Origin: a virus
Taxonomy: Duplodnaviria > Caudoviricetes
Length of the DNA stretch: 35,351 nt
IMG/VR virus record: IMGVR_UViG_3300020045_002310
Span: 1-35,351 of that record
Strand: one strand, 5' to 3'
The notes under the pieces are model-generated. The model saw only the letters and a list, made by a program, of their open reading frames with translations, was not told the origin of the DNA and searched no databases. This document shows positions 17,509 through 28,545 of this stretch, piece by piece (the stretch's first letter is position 1; the number at the start of each line of letters is the position of its first letter). Both the position numbers and the translations under genes were made by a program.

Positions 17509-18381
17509 TTATTTTTTGGCTTTATTTATCTTAGCTTCAATTATTAAACGTACTTCTTGATTCTTTGAAGAATCTAAATAAGCAATAGCATTATCAAATG
17601 ATGCTATTTCACCAGCATTACATAAATCAAGTCCATCAATAGTTGAATATTTATTTCCTCTTTTTAAAATAACACCTGCGTCAATACCTGAGTTTATTAA
17701 TAATTTAGTATAGAAAGCTTTATCATTTACAGCTGACACAAATTTAGCAGGCGATTGATCGATAATTTCTTCTACTTTATGTTGTAACCAACTTAATTTA
17801 GAATCTGGAGATACAATTTTATTTGTAAGTATTTTATATACTCCAAGTAATTTATCCTTATCATCTTCAATTTTACCATATAATTTAAATGCTTCTTTTT
17901 TAGCATCGTATTTACCTTTATTTTCAAGCATCTCCTCATCTTCACGAGTGATAGCAAATTGATAAGTTTGGTTATTGTTACGAGCTGCCCAAGATGGGGC
18001 GATATCATCTTTAGATAAACATTCTAATATTTTAATAGATATGTAATCCATTGGTGAACTAGTATCAAATCTATTTCCAGCATCATCTTTTCCAAGTCTA
18101 ACATAATAATTATGCCAGAATGTCCCATAGATTGACAAGTCTAAACCTGTTGCACTTTCAAGATATTCTTTTTCTTCATTAGTTAAGACATTTTTGATTG
18201 AGCCATTTCTTTGTATAGGTGCTGCAAATTTTCTAACAGCATTTGATAACATTCCTCCTGATATAACATGGTTGGCTTCTACATTAGCTGCCATACCTCT
18301 ACGTCTATTAATGTATTTAACAATTAATATTTCATTTGGTAATTTAAAAGTATTCTTTGATTCTGTAATTTCTGCTTTCAT
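17509..18381 (-). CDS. conserved crAss-like protein downstream of MCP
   Basis: 290-aa ORF in conserved syntenic position. Confidence 0.7.
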   Translation of the reverse strand: MKAEITESKNTFKLPNEILIVKYINRRRGMAANVEANHVISGGMLSNAVRKFAAPIQRNGSIKNVLTNEEKEYLESATGLDLSIYGTFWHNYYVRLGKDDAGNRFDTSSPMDYISIKILECLSKDDIAPSWAARNNNQTYQFAITREDEEMLENKGKYDAKKEAFKLYGKIEDDKDKLLGVYKILTNKIVSPDSKLSWLQHKVEEIIDQSPAKFVSAVNDKAFYTKLLINSGIDAGVILKRGNKYSTIDGLDLCNAGEIASFDNAIAYLDSSKNQEVRLIIEAKINKAKK

Positions 18382-18428
18382 ATTCTTCAGTATTAAATCC
18401 TCTTCCTAAGATTTTTGTTGTTAATGTT

Positions 18429-18475
18429 ATAAGTTATCCTCCTAAAAATATAGTATTAATAGGAGGTAAACTTAT
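18429..18475 (-). terminator. stem-loop after major capsid gene (terminator or mRNA stabiliser)
   Basis: ATAAGTT..CCTCCTA / TAGGAGG..AACTTAT inverted repeat immediately after the MCP stop. Confidence 0.55.
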
Positions 18476-18483
18476 GAATTTAT

Positions 18484-19998
18484 TTAGTCAATAATTGACG
18501 GTTTTAAAGTTGCAGTTCTTGAAGGATCTTTAACCATTGCTCCGTACCCTTCGCAGAGTGCAGTCATAGTTGCAGAATCTTCCATTGTTTGCATATCTCC
18601 ACCTCTACGTCCTGTGAAAGGATTTCTAATACCTCCAATATAACCACGTAGTTCGTCAGAACCAGCAACTTTAATTTTTTGGATATTAGGCTCTTCCATA
18701 GAACCGATATAAAGAATATCATATCTGTAAGATTCAGCTACACCACCATCTGGGTGAAGTACTTTATTTCTTACTTTATCATCATACATTGGATCTACTT
18801 CCAACATAATGTGAATGTTATTAGGAGCTTTCCATTCTGTGAATTGGAAACCTGCTACAAATGCATTAGAATGAAATTTAGAAGTAGTTTGCTTAATAGC
18901 GTTTGCTCCTGTATTATCAAATCCTAAAGATTGCCATCCTGAAGCTTGTTGAGTTACAGCTCTATGAAATTGAGCAGCCCCTCTTTCTCCAGTACGCAAC
19001 ATAAACTTACGTTGATCCCAATCCAATTTACCTTCTGATAATTCAGATAGTAAATCTTCAATAAGCATGATCGAGAATTTGTTGTAAGTAGTAGTGTTAG
19101 ACACTTCCATTTGCTCTCTAATTCCAGAACCAGCTTTAATTTCAATATTGGCATTACCTTTATTTAAGTAACGTCCATTTTCATCACGGTTTGTTTTACC
19201 AAACATGACAGTACGAGATTTAATACGTGACAAAGCTTTTTCAAACTGCCAGTAAACCTCTTGCATCCATGTTACAGATTTATGTACTTTTCCAGTTGCA
19301 GGATCACGAGTTTCAATTCCAGCAAAATATACTGGCTCAATTTTACAATCAATCATCTTACCAGAAACTTTATGTTCCATACGAATAGATGTAACTGAGT
19401 TTCTCATTAAGTAAGGAGAAGTAAATTGAATTCCAGCACCTTGGATAGATAATTCATCTTCAACTGGTGCACCCTCGATAGAGAATTTATTTCCAGCAAC
19501 TAATTCGTCACCAGGAATACCAGATAAAGATTCTTGACCACCCCATACTTCACATAAGTATACATAGTTTTGACCTTCTTCATAAGGCTCTTCTAGTATT
19601 CTCATTTGGTATACGTCTGGTCTATGACCTGCAATCAAATGCATTTTAGTAAACCATTTTTCAGCAAATACCATTTCGAAAGTTGCTCTAGCTTGTCCAA
19701 CATTAGTTGTACCACTTGTAACTACTGCTCCATTATATCTAGCTTCTACTAAAGGAATGTTACGCTCATCACTACCTACCACTTTCCAAACAAAGTCAGA
19801 TGCACCAGCACTTAACGTTTTAGTTGGGAATAATGATAAAGTTGTATCAAGATTTTTCATTCCAGAATTCTGTAACAATACGGTAGTTAAAGGTGAAACC
19901 AATTCAGGCTTTTCTCCAAATAACTGACCGATATGGTTTTTTAATGTTAACCCAGACCAAGCTTGTCCTTTGGTCATTACAAATTTACCTACGCTCAT
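18484..19998 (-). CDS. major capsid protein (crAss-like, HK97 fold)
   Basis: 504 aa; WSGLT..NH, GSGIREQME, TGERGA.QF, GFQFTEW.APN, HPDGGVAESYRYDI motifs; synteny with portal and terminase. Confidence 0.88.
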   Translation of the reverse strand: MSVGKFVMTKGQAWSGLTLKNHIGQLFGEKPELVSPLTTVLLQNSGMKNLDTTLSLFPTKTLSAGASDFVWKVVGSDERNIPLVEARYNGAVVTSGTTNVGQARATFEMVFAEKWFTKMHLIAGHRPDVYQMRILEEPYEEGQNYVYLCEVWGGQESLSGIPGDELVAGNKFSIEGAPVEDELSIQGAGIQFTSPYLMRNSVTSIRMEHKVSGKMIDCKIEPVYFAGIETRDPATGKVHKSVTWMQEVYWQFEKALSRIKSRTVMFGKTNRDENGRYLNKGNANIEIKAGSGIREQMEVSNTTTYNKFSIMLIEDLLSELSEGKLDWDQRKFMLRTGERGAAQFHRAVTQQASGWQSLGFDNTGANAIKQTTSKFHSNAFVAGFQFTEWKAPNNIHIMLEVDPMYDDKVRNKVLHPDGGVAESYRYDILYIGSMEEPNIQKIKVAGSDELRGYIGGIRNPFTGRRGGDMQTMEDSATMTALCEGYGAMVKDPSRTATLKPSIID

Positions 19999-20029
19999 AA
20001 TTTAATTTTTTGTTAATATGTTATATGTA

Positions 20030-21127
20030 TTATAATACTAGTTCTGATCCATAATTAGATGAATAACTATCAGGATCTTGCATGTATCCTGGAGTACCTC
20101 CATCTTCAAATTTAGTTTTACGTAGTACTGTCTCTAGTTTTTTTACAGCAGATGACGTTACTGTTTTTGATATACCACTTAAATCAGTGAAACCTTTTGT
20201 TAGTTCATAAAGATAATACATTTTAGTATCAAATTCTACGGGGTTAGCTGATCTACTTTGCATGAACTTATTTTGAAGTTCTCCACTCGTAGGATCTTTT
20301 GCTACAACCTCTGTCATAGTTTTAAATACTCTATCTTGTAAAGCCTTATTAGTAACCATTCCATCTATGATTGGTTTAGGACTGTATATTGTATTTTTAA
20401 TAGAATCGTTAATTCTTTCTTGTTCAAGTTGAGATTCAATTAAAGATTGTTTATATCGAATCTTTTCTTGCTCTTCACTCTTTTTTTCAAACTCTTTCAA
20501 ACTTTGAGTAGATTCTAAAGCTTCCTCTATAATCATATCTGAACCAAGTTCAATAGTTTTCTTTAAATATCTTTTAGCTCTATCTTCAGATAAACCTTGA
20601 TTAATATAATCTCTTAAAATTATATCTTTAGCAACTTCTAAATTATCTTTTAAATAATCTTCATCTATAGAATCTAGTTCTAATTGAGCTTTTCTAGAAG
20701 TAGCTATTCTTTCAAGATCTAAATTTGAAATATAGTCTTCAAGTTGTCTTGCAGATTGTAATTCAATTTCTCTTTTAAGAACTCCTACAAAATCATCTGC
20801 ATTTTTAATCCCTTCTGACGAGTCTAACGAAGGTATAATTCCCTGTTCCATAAGAACGTCTGAGATGGAAGAATACAAGTTGGAAGAAGAATCATCATCA
20901 TTAGAATCATCACCTTCGTTATCATCATCCCCATCTACGATCTCTGGACCTTCGTCCTCAATAGGTTTATTTTTATCTACAAGCTCATCTGGCTCATTGT
21001 TATCGTCATCTTCGTTTGAATCATTATCTAAACCTCCGTTTATATAATCATCCATGTTAAAAGGTTCGTCATCATGTATTTCAGCGTTATCGCTAAATAC
21101 TGACATTAAATTCAATTCATCTTCCAT
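20030..21127 (-). CDS. acidic scaffold-like protein
   Basis: Asp/Glu-rich N-terminus, helical coiled-coil body, between portal and MCP. Confidence 0.7.
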   Translation of the reverse strand: MEDELNLMSVFSDNAEIHDDEPFNMDDYINGGLDNDSNEDDDNNEPDELVDKNKPIEDEGPEIVDGDDDNEGDDSNDDDSSSNLYSSISDVLMEQGIIPSLDSSEGIKNADDFVGVLKREIELQSARQLEDYISNLDLERIATSRKAQLELDSIDEDYLKDNLEVAKDIILRDYINQGLSEDRAKRYLKKTIELGSDMIIEEALESTQSLKEFEKKSEEQEKIRYKQSLIESQLEQERINDSIKNTIYSPKPIIDGMVTNKALQDRVFKTMTEVVAKDPTSGELQNKFMQSRSANPVEFDTKMYYLYELTKGFTDLSGISKTVTSSAVKKLETVLRKTKFEDGGTPGYMQDPDSYSSNYGSELVL

Positions 21128-21149
21128 AATTCTTCCATTTTATAAAGTA

Positions 21150-21180
21150 CAAAGGTACGGCTTTTAAACTGCATATCCAA
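21150..21180 (-). promoter_or_regulatory. promoter TTGGATATG-N-CGTACCTTTG
   Basis: TAnnTTTG -7 element at 21150-21157 with upstream TTG; same motif at 31280 and 32247. Confidence 0.75.
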
Positions 21181-21229
21181 TATAATTTTAATATATTTAT
21201 ATTGGATATATACAGCGTAATAGCATTTA

Positions 21230-23623
21230 TTATTTACTAGTAGATTTTTTAGCTATCCTAGATATAGCGTTAGATTCTTTTTTTAACTCAACATTATCAG
21301 AATGTTTAACCATATCTTGATTAAGAGCTTTCATTTTAACAATCATATCGTCTTTTTGTTTAGCTATATCTAATTGAAACTTTTCACGATCTAATGGTGA
21401 TTCAATACCATCATCAATTGATTCAGTATCTCCACCATGAGATAACTCAGCAATATAACGTTTGGTTGCATCGTCTCTTAAATCTTTAGCTTCTTGTAGT
21501 TGCATCAATCTTTCTTGTGTAGCTTTAGCATCAGCATTAGCAGCTTGTTGAGTTTCATTAGCAGCTTGTGAAGCTTCTTGTTGACGTTGATGAACTTGTT
21601 CTTCAGCATCTTCTAATCTTCTTCTCATATCTGATAATGATGGACTAAAGTATATATCCATAATTGTAGACATTGTTCCACCATTTTGAATAAAAGCTTG
21701 TGCATTCTGTTTAATCATTTGTTCAAGTTCAGCAGTTTTAGAACTAGTTGTTATAACTAATCCATAATCACATTCTGAAAATGATTCACCATCCATATTT
21801 AGAATTTCAATAGATTGATCATCTAAAATATTTTGAACTTTTTTATTTTTACCTTTAAGTGCAATCTTAGCTGTTTCTAAAAAACATTCTAACACTCTAA
21901 TTTTACAATTATCATGTGACATAAACCAATACTCTGTAATATGAGATGATTGATTAACAGCTCTTTCTACTCCACCAACAGTTTCTCTGTTTTCAACTTG
22001 ACCCTGTCTTTGTGCAGAAACTCCAGCAATTTCACCCATTTCCATTTTGATGAATTCTAGTAATTGTATATGTTGTTGGATATAAGCACCAGTTTCCATA
22101 TCCATTACTCTACCACCTTGAGTATTCATTGCACCAGCTAATTTACCAGTAGATGCACCTTGATTACCTTCTTTAAACGAATCTATTACAGCAATCTTAT
22201 TCACTACTGCAAAATGCATCCATTTATCTATTTCCCAGTTTTCAGGAACTTTAGCTATATCTAATTCAAATATTTTACCATAATTAGTAGCAATAGCTTT
22301 ATTAAGCCTATCCCAAATTACATCATACATATACTGATAGTTTTTACATCTATCAACTAATGATATTGCTTCAGATTGATTAGTATTATATATTTGACCT
22401 ACTATACCAGCATGACATTTAGAAGGATTAAGTAATGTATTATATTGAACTTTTCTAGGTCTAATATTTAAGAATATATCCTTACCTATTTTAGTACCTT
22501 CCCAAAATTCATTAACCCACATTTCTTTAACTTCTTCACCCATATCTTTATCAGCGATATATTCTTCAGAAGCTATTTTATATTGTTCTTCTCCAAACTC
22601 ATCATAGTATTTAACTTTTTTAATAAGTTTTACAGATCTCCAATACATTCTAAGAACTCTAATATTACCACTAGCATCAGTATAATTAGATCCAAACATA
22701 TGACCATTAATTTCAGCCATATTAAATATTGTCTCATACGTACCTTCAGTGGAACCTAATCTATCACCAAATAGTACATGATTATTTTGATCATCAGAAT
22801 ATTCACCTCTAGTACCAGTAGTATCATAATCAATAATATAATCTACATCTTCAGGTTTAAGTTCATCATGGAAGTAATCTATAATTTTACCAGGAGACCA
22901 ATGATCTTCAATAATAATTATAGTAGCATCTTCTATTCTATCTGAGTTACCACCTTTAACAGTATAAACTTTTAAAGGATTTAACTTAGTAAGTATAGGT
23001 TCATCTTGTACAATATCACATTGATAAATTTCTTCACCCATAATTAATGCATCTTTAAACCCAGATGAAAATAAATTATCAAAACGTTGCTCTTGTGAGT
23101 AATGTTTAAGTATTTGACTACCCATTTTCTCACGCATGTCTTGCCAACTGTATTTCATATACTTTTCTAAATCTTTCAATTTAGCTTCTAGTTCTTTATC
23201 ACTATATCCATTTTGGTATAACTCTGATAGTTTTTCAAATAAAAATTTCTTTTTATCTTCTTCCTTCATAGTTATAGCATCTGGATTAGTCACAACTAAT
23301 GAATAATCAAATCTGCGTTTTATTTCTTCTCCTACAAGTAAATCAATTTTTGGAACTATAATTGGGTGATGAGGTAAGTTATCAGGAACATAACTTGCTT
23401 CAATTTGACTAGGGTTAACTACATTAGATAAATCTCTAATATCAACTTTCCCATTATACAAATTAAGATTGATTACTTTATTTTTTAAACTTTTCCTAAC
23501 ATCAGCATTATTATAAAACGAATGGTTATCACCATACATTATACAGTCTTTTCGCCATTGCTTATTTTTCTTAGCATACGGTAGACGTTGTCTAGGTAAC
23601 TTTGAAGTATGTCTTGTATCCAT
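21230..23623 (-). CDS. portal protein (crAss-like)
   Basis: 797 aa; LPRQRLP..K..W, PII.PKIDLLVGEE, GVS.QRQG...ETVGGVERA motifs; directly after terminase. Confidence 0.88.
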   Translation of the reverse strand: MDTRHTSKLPRQRLPYAKKNKQWRKDCIMYGDNHSFYNNADVRKSLKNKVINLNLYNGKVDIRDLSNVVNPSQIEASYVPDNLPHHPIIVPKIDLLVGEEIKRRFDYSLVVTNPDAITMKEEDKKKFLFEKLSELYQNGYSDKELEAKLKDLEKYMKYSWQDMREKMGSQILKHYSQEQRFDNLFSSGFKDALIMGEEIYQCDIVQDEPILTKLNPLKVYTVKGGNSDRIEDATIIIIEDHWSPGKIIDYFHDELKPEDVDYIIDYDTTGTRGEYSDDQNNHVLFGDRLGSTEGTYETIFNMAEINGHMFGSNYTDASGNIRVLRMYWRSVKLIKKVKYYDEFGEEQYKIASEEYIADKDMGEEVKEMWVNEFWEGTKIGKDIFLNIRPRKVQYNTLLNPSKCHAGIVGQIYNTNQSEAISLVDRCKNYQYMYDVIWDRLNKAIATNYGKIFELDIAKVPENWEIDKWMHFAVVNKIAVIDSFKEGNQGASTGKLAGAMNTQGGRVMDMETGAYIQQHIQLLEFIKMEMGEIAGVSAQRQGQVENRETVGGVERAVNQSSHITEYWFMSHDNCKIRVLECFLETAKIALKGKNKKVQNILDDQSIEILNMDGESFSECDYGLVITTSSKTAELEQMIKQNAQAFIQNGGTMSTIMDIYFSPSLSDMRRRLEDAEEQVHQRQQEASQAANETQQAANADAKATQERLMQLQEAKDLRDDATKRYIAELSHGGDTESIDDGIESPLDREKFQLDIAKQKDDMIVKMKALNQDMVKHSDNVELKKESNAISRIAKKSTSK

Positions 23624-23648
23624 ATTTTGTTTTAAATTATTTAACTTA

Positions 23649-23678
23649 CAAATATACTAAATAAAACAACTTATTCAA
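23649..23678 (-). promoter_or_regulatory. promoter upstream of portal (TATATTTG -7 element)
   Basis: CAAATATA at 23649-23656 with TTG about 20 nt upstream on minus strand. Confidence 0.6.
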
Positions 23679-23726
23679 TTTAATTATATAATTATTTTAA
23701 AATAAGTTGTTTATAGTAATAGCTAT

Positions 23727-25970
23727 TTATGATTTATAGTTTTTTGAGAAAAATGGATCATTAGCTGCATTTCGTATTACTTTACCACCGTTAGCTTTAA
23801 CAGTTTGAGTACGTTTAACTCTATCTTCTCTTAATAAGAATAACATACCTGCGGCAGATACCCTATCAAAGTTCCCATCAGGATTCCAAGCTATACATTC
23901 TTCCATATAAGCTAATGACCTAATTCTATGTAAGTTCAAACGTTCATCATCATCATCACCATGAGCTTTAGTTTGCATCCATTGTGCTTGTAATAATCTT
24001 CCCCACTTATTAATTTCTTTATTAGCATGAGTACCTTTAGCTTTATTGCCATACAGGTTAGTAGCTTTAACCATATCCATATCCTTAAGAATTTGAGGTA
24101 CATCTGATAAATAGTGTAAACAATTCTTTGCATCAAAATAACTAAATAATCCTTTAAGGTTACTTTCATAATTTGCTTCAGCATTATAAAACTTTAACAT
24201 ACGTAAAGCTATTTCATAAGCATCGTTAGCTAATCTAGGTCTACCGGAATATTCAGCTACTATACGATCTGTAAATAAGTCAAATACTATTATACTAAAT
24301 AACGATGTACCAGTGTCAGCATCAATAGGGTCAATTCCTGCTATATATCTACCTCTAACTATTACACCATCTGCATTCTTACGAGGCATCTCAAATATCT
24401 CTAATGCTCCAGTTTTATCACCTTCAGAAGATGCATACGATCTAAGTGGAACTTTATCTGGATTTAACTTCCATATAACTGATCCTTCAGCATCTAATAA
24501 TAATTCTCCTAAATAATGTTCTGCTAACCAAGTTTCTCTTTTAGGACCAATTGATTCTAAGTATTCTTTTATATCAGCTACAGGAAATACTGTACCTTCA
24601 GTACGCATAATTGCATCTTGAGGTGTAATAGGTTCCTCAGCTTTCTTTTGTGTAATAGCTTTTGGGTCTTGAGAGTTATATTTAATTTTATATCTACCAG
24701 TCTCAATTTCAAATAAAGCTTTGATTACATCTGGTTCACCTACCGATTCATCATAACAATTGTTACGATTTAAATAACCTCCCCAAAAGAATCCACATAA
24801 AGTTTCACCATTAACATTTCTATCAAACACATTTGGTATACCATAAACTTCATAAGCTTGTGGTGTATAGAATAGTTTTTCAGAACCTTCAAAAGATCCA
24901 CCTTCTACACCACCCGTTCCACCTGCGAGCATGAATCCAAATGATGTTCCACCATCCTCCACCGCTTTTAAGTTTACTGTCCAAGCTTTTTCTAGATTAG
25001 GGAACAAACCGTCTTCTTCATAATGAATAAGTGGCCCCCTAATACCCCTTGCTTTATCTGGATTATCTTTAAGTGATATACCATGTACAGATGACAGTAG
25101 CCCTTTACGTACACCATATTCATCTTTATATCCTAATTGTATCTCTAATGTACTACCTGCTCTATCGACAGTTCTAATTCTTGGCATAGGTGTAGCTTCC
25201 GCTATCCAGTCTAAAGTATCTACCACTTTACCCCATATACCTTTATCACCAGCAAGGAAAGTTTTTTCAGATGCTAAGTGAAAATTAGGATTACCAGATC
25301 CAGGATATACATACATGTTACAAGGTGATATAGCTCCCATCTTAAATGAGAAACCTACACCCCTGGTTTTTAATAGTTTTCCATGTAATCCACCATCTCT
25401 AGCTTGTTGCATATAGTGATAAAATAAGTAATCTCCTAACCATGGTTTTGGAAACTTTCTTACACGTTCACCTTTTCTTTTAGCAGATGTGCTTTCAGAT
25501 TTAACTTCTTCAACTAACCAAATAGGTGAATAATTCCAATAAAAGTATAATTGTCCTGGAATCCATTCACCATCAGATTCTCTAACTAAACCATGTTTCC
25601 ATCTACGAAGTTCTTCTACCCAAAATTGGGCATAATCAGATGTTGGATTAGCATTAGGAGTTATATTAGTGTACTTACCATTTTTCTCATAGAAGATAGC
25701 TTTTTCTCTAAAGAAATCCATATCTTCAAGTATATGTGGTTCTGTTAAGTTTACATCAATTCTACCATCATTATAAAAGTTTGTTTCACGAGGCTTATCT
25801 TTAGCAAATCCTCTTATCACTTCTGGTGATATAAGAGTTTGTATAAAAGTTACTGTACTACAATGTTCTAATACTTTATCATATATTTCTTTAGATAGTT
25901 CACCAGCGATTAACAGATCTTTATATACCGATAATGGAGTTTGATAATTATTTAAATTACTTAAGTCCAT
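23727..25970 (-). CDS. terL: terminase large subunit
   Basis: LKTRGVGFS Walker-A-like, YEEDG Walker-B-like, GTGG coupling motif, AGIDP and NFDRVSA nuclease motifs. Confidence 0.9.
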   Translation of the reverse strand: MDLSNLNNYQTPLSVYKDLLIAGELSKEIYDKVLEHCSTVTFIQTLISPEVIRGFAKDKPRETNFYNDGRIDVNLTEPHILEDMDFFREKAIFYEKNGKYTNITPNANPTSDYAQFWVEELRRWKHGLVRESDGEWIPGQLYFYWNYSPIWLVEEVKSESTSAKRKGERVRKFPKPWLGDYLFYHYMQQARDGGLHGKLLKTRGVGFSFKMGAISPCNMYVYPGSGNPNFHLASEKTFLAGDKGIWGKVVDTLDWIAEATPMPRIRTVDRAGSTLEIQLGYKDEYGVRKGLLSSVHGISLKDNPDKARGIRGPLIHYEEDGLFPNLEKAWTVNLKAVEDGGTSFGFMLAGGTGGVEGGSFEGSEKLFYTPQAYEVYGIPNVFDRNVNGETLCGFFWGGYLNRNNCYDESVGEPDVIKALFEIETGRYKIKYNSQDPKAITQKKAEEPITPQDAIMRTEGTVFPVADIKEYLESIGPKRETWLAEHYLGELLLDAEGSVIWKLNPDKVPLRSYASSEGDKTGALEIFEMPRKNADGVIVRGRYIAGIDPIDADTGTSLFSIIVFDLFTDRIVAEYSGRPRLANDAYEIALRMLKFYNAEANYESNLKGLFSYFDAKNCLHYLSDVPQILKDMDMVKATNLYGNKAKGTHANKEINKWGRLLQAQWMQTKAHGDDDDERLNLHRIRSLAYMEECIAWNPDGNFDRVSAAGMLFLLREDRVKRTQTVKANGGKVIRNAANDPFFSKNYKS

Positions 25971-27433
25971 AGTCGTTCGTGTAATATAATTGTATTAGTT
26001 GATAATATTATTTTAGCTATAGATACTGCATTTTCTAATGCACATCTAGTAACTTTAAATGGATCTATAATATTTTGTATAAACATATTATCTAATACAT
26101 GAATTATAGCTCCATTATTAATAATATTTTCCATTGGTGAAGATAAACTTTCATATAAGCAATATTCTAAACTATTAATGTCATAATCTAAAATATCAGA
26201 TGTTATGTTTTCTTTAATTTTATGTAATGCTATTCCACCACCTTCAACAATACCTTCTTCCAATGCACATCCTACCGCAAGTACAGCATCATCATATCTA
26301 TCTTTGCGCTCTTTCATTTCTAATTCAGAGATTGCCCCAACTTTAATGATACTTATTTTACTTGATAAGTTTTCCATTCTAAGTTTAATAGATTCTTGCT
26401 CATGTTGAGTTAAATCTTCAGATACGAATTGTTCACCAAGTATATTAACGTAAGGTGTAATATCAATGTCAGGATGTTTAACTAATACAGTGTTGTTTTT
26501 AGATACCTTAATTGATTCCAATTTACCTAAGTAATGTAATGTATAAGATTTAGTAAGATCGTTGATTATAGTAGCTCCTGTAAGGTCTGAGATATCTCTT
26601 AATAGATCTTCACGATGTTGACTATAACCAGGTGACTTAACTACGCATATATTAAGTTTTGCACTAGCAGCATTAGTTTCTAATATACGCAATGTAGATT
26701 CATTAATATGTTCTGCAATTATAACTACATTACCATTAGTTTCAGCAATCTCTTTTAATATATATTCAAATGGTTTAAGTGTTGTAAGCTTACCACTTAT
26801 AATAACAACATGTGGATTAGTAAAGTTACATTCAGCTCTTTCAGGAGTATTGATAAAGTGTTTAGAAAAGTATGATACTGGAAACGTCATTCCATTAACT
26901 AATTCTAATTTATCTTCAGAACTTGTACCTTCTTCCACTTTAACTACGTCAGCATGATTAAAAGCCATCTGAATAACATTCCCAATCGCCATATCATTAT
27001 TAGCAGATATGCTCGCAACATATTTAATCTCATCTCTCTTTAACTCTTTTGAGTCATCTTTTAAATGTTTTAGTACTTTAGGTATAATCTCATCAAATGC
27101 TTTATTAACATCATGTGAGTCAAAATCTTTTAAATTATTTATAAAAGCTGCAGCAAGTACGGTTGCAGTTGTAGTTCCATCCCCAGCTTTATCAACAGTT
27201 AGCTCAGCAACTTCTTTTACCATTTGAGCTCCTATATTTTCAATAGGGTCTTTTAAGTAAATAGCTCTAGCTACTGATACACCATCTTTAGTTACTGTAG
27301 ATTTACCATAATCATCTGTAATGATAACTGTACGCCCTTTAGGGCCCATAGTAGAAGCTACAGCGTCTCTAAGTTTATTTACACCAGATATTAATTTATC
27401 TCTAGCTTCTTCTTTAAAATATATTTCTTTCAT
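25961..27433 (-). CDS. groEL: phage chaperonin GroEL (Cpn60)
   Basis: TMGPKGR, VTKDGVSVA, AGDGTTTATVLA, KDR.DDA, EEGIV.GGG, IIDP.KVTR.ALENA.S motifs; likely start MKEIYF at 27433. Confidence 0.93.
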   Translation of the reverse strand: MKEIYFKEEARDKLISGVNKLRDAVASTMGPKGRTVIITDDYGKSTVTKDGVSVARAIYLKDPIENIGAQMVKEVAELTVDKAGDGTTTATVLAAAFINNLKDFDSHDVNKAFDEIIPKVLKHLKDDSKELKRDEIKYVASISANNDMAIGNVIQMAFNHADVVKVEEGTSSEDKLELVNGMTFPVSYFSKHFINTPERAECNFTNPHVVIISGKLTTLKPFEYILKEIAETNGNVVIIAEHINESTLRILETNAASAKLNICVVKSPGYSQHREDLLRDISDLTGATIINDLTKSYTLHYLGKLESIKVSKNNTVLVKHPDIDITPYVNILGEQFVSEDLTQHEQESIKLRMENLSSKISIIKVGAISELEMKERKDRYDDAVLAVGCALEEGIVEGGGIALHKIKENITSDILDYDINSLEYCLYESLSSPMENIINNGAIIHVLDNMFIQNIIDPFKVTRCALENAVSIAKIILSTNTIILHERLWT

Positions 27434-27434
27434 A

Positions 27435-28001
27435 TTAATCAAATTTAAGACCATCTTCAAAAAGTCCCATTGTTTTAGAACCTTTAGTTCTACCTTCCAT
27501 TTCTTTTTGTTCGCTAACCACTTCTTTATATGCAGCTTTTAAATTACGCATAATTTCAGGTAAACCTTTATTAGCGGCAACAATCATTGGTAATGTGGTA
27601 ACTGTACCACCATTAGCAGATCTCTCAGCTAATAGCTCTCCAGTAGATCTCAAATATTGAGATGTTTCGTTTACTGATATTAAAGATGATTTGTATAACT
27701 TAGATATTACAGTTTCAGTTTTATCATTATAGAAATCAATTGCATTTTGCATAATTTCATCTACTTTCCAGGTTGGATCTAAACCAATTACTTTTACTAG
27801 TTCTTTAGTACGTTCTGCGTTATCAGTGATAGATACATAATCAGACCTTACATCTGCATAGTAGTATATAAATAACATCTCTTTAAATGCGGTTTCTTTA
27901 GTACGACTTTTATCTCGTTTAAGAATTGCCTTAAAAGGCAAAAGCCCCCATGCTAATTCATTAACTTGGAGGCTAAAATCTTTCATTTCAAATAACTTCA
28001 T
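27435..28001 (-). CDS. conserved helical protein of the packaging region (possible terminase small subunit)
   Basis: 188 aa, helical; function inferred from position near terL only. Confidence 0.55.
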   Translation of the reverse strand: MKLFEMKDFSLQVNELAWGLLPFKAILKRDKSRTKETAFKEMLFIYYYADVRSDYVSITDNAERTKELVKVIGLDPTWKVDEIMQNAIDFYNDKTETVISKLYKSSLISVNETSQYLRSTGELLAERSANGGTVTTLPMIVAANKGLPEIMRNLKAAYKEVVSEQKEMEGRTKGSKTMGLFEDGLKFD

Positions 28002-28369
28002 TATGCTAGTACTTCAGTTTTAGGTTTGCTTTTGTATCGTCTAGGCTTTTTAGCTACTTCAATAGGTGTAACAGCTGTAGATTCTACATATTTACAACCC
28101 ATTTCATTGAGCTTGTCTGTTAAAGTATCTTCTAATACATTAATTCTATTGTTTTTAGCAATAATTGTTCTTTGCATAAAATCTAATAACTCTAGATTGT
28201 TATCTTTTTCACATTTATATTTATAAGCTAATGATAATGCAACAGCAACTAATGAACAAAGTCCACTTACTATTGTTGATCCACCAAATAACACTGCAAT
28301 CACTGATACTATTGTAAAAACAATTGCTACACCTAGTACTAATTTATTTGTATCTTTCATATTATTCAT
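28001..28369 (-). CDS. membrane protein (2 TM + coiled coil)
   Basis: Two N-terminal hydrophobic helices, basic tail. Confidence 0.65.
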   Translation of the reverse strand: MNNMKDTNKLVLGVAIVFTIVSVIAVLFGGSTIVSGLCSLVAVALSLAYKYKCEKDNNLELLDFMQRTIIAKNNRINVLEDTLTDKLNEMGCKYVESTAVTPIEVAKKPRRYKSKPKTEVLA

Positions 28370-28544
28370 TTATTGTTTTTGGAATATTAACTTCATCACC
28401 TTTAGCTTTGACATATTCTTTTATATATTCAAGAGCTTTATCTATTGTAGTAGCTTCTTTAATAAGATATGAACCTTTTGATGCACCTACGTTTACAGCT
28501 TGTTCTAACACATTTATTGCTTGTGCAATTGTAATTTCTATCAT
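28362..28544 (-). CDS. small hypothetical protein
   Basis: 60-aa helical ORF packed between neighbours. Confidence 0.6.
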   Translation of the reverse strand: MIEITIAQAINVLEQAVNVGASKGSYLIKEATTIDKALEYIKEYVKAKGDEVNIPKTINE

Positions 28545-28545
28545 T

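Noticed and set aside
20880-21080. TCA/TCG trinucleotide-like repeats
   Set aside because: Explained by the Asp-rich N-terminus of the scaffold-like protein
23727-25970. Intron or intein in terL
   Set aside because: Single continuous ORF of ordinary size, no splicing motifs noticed
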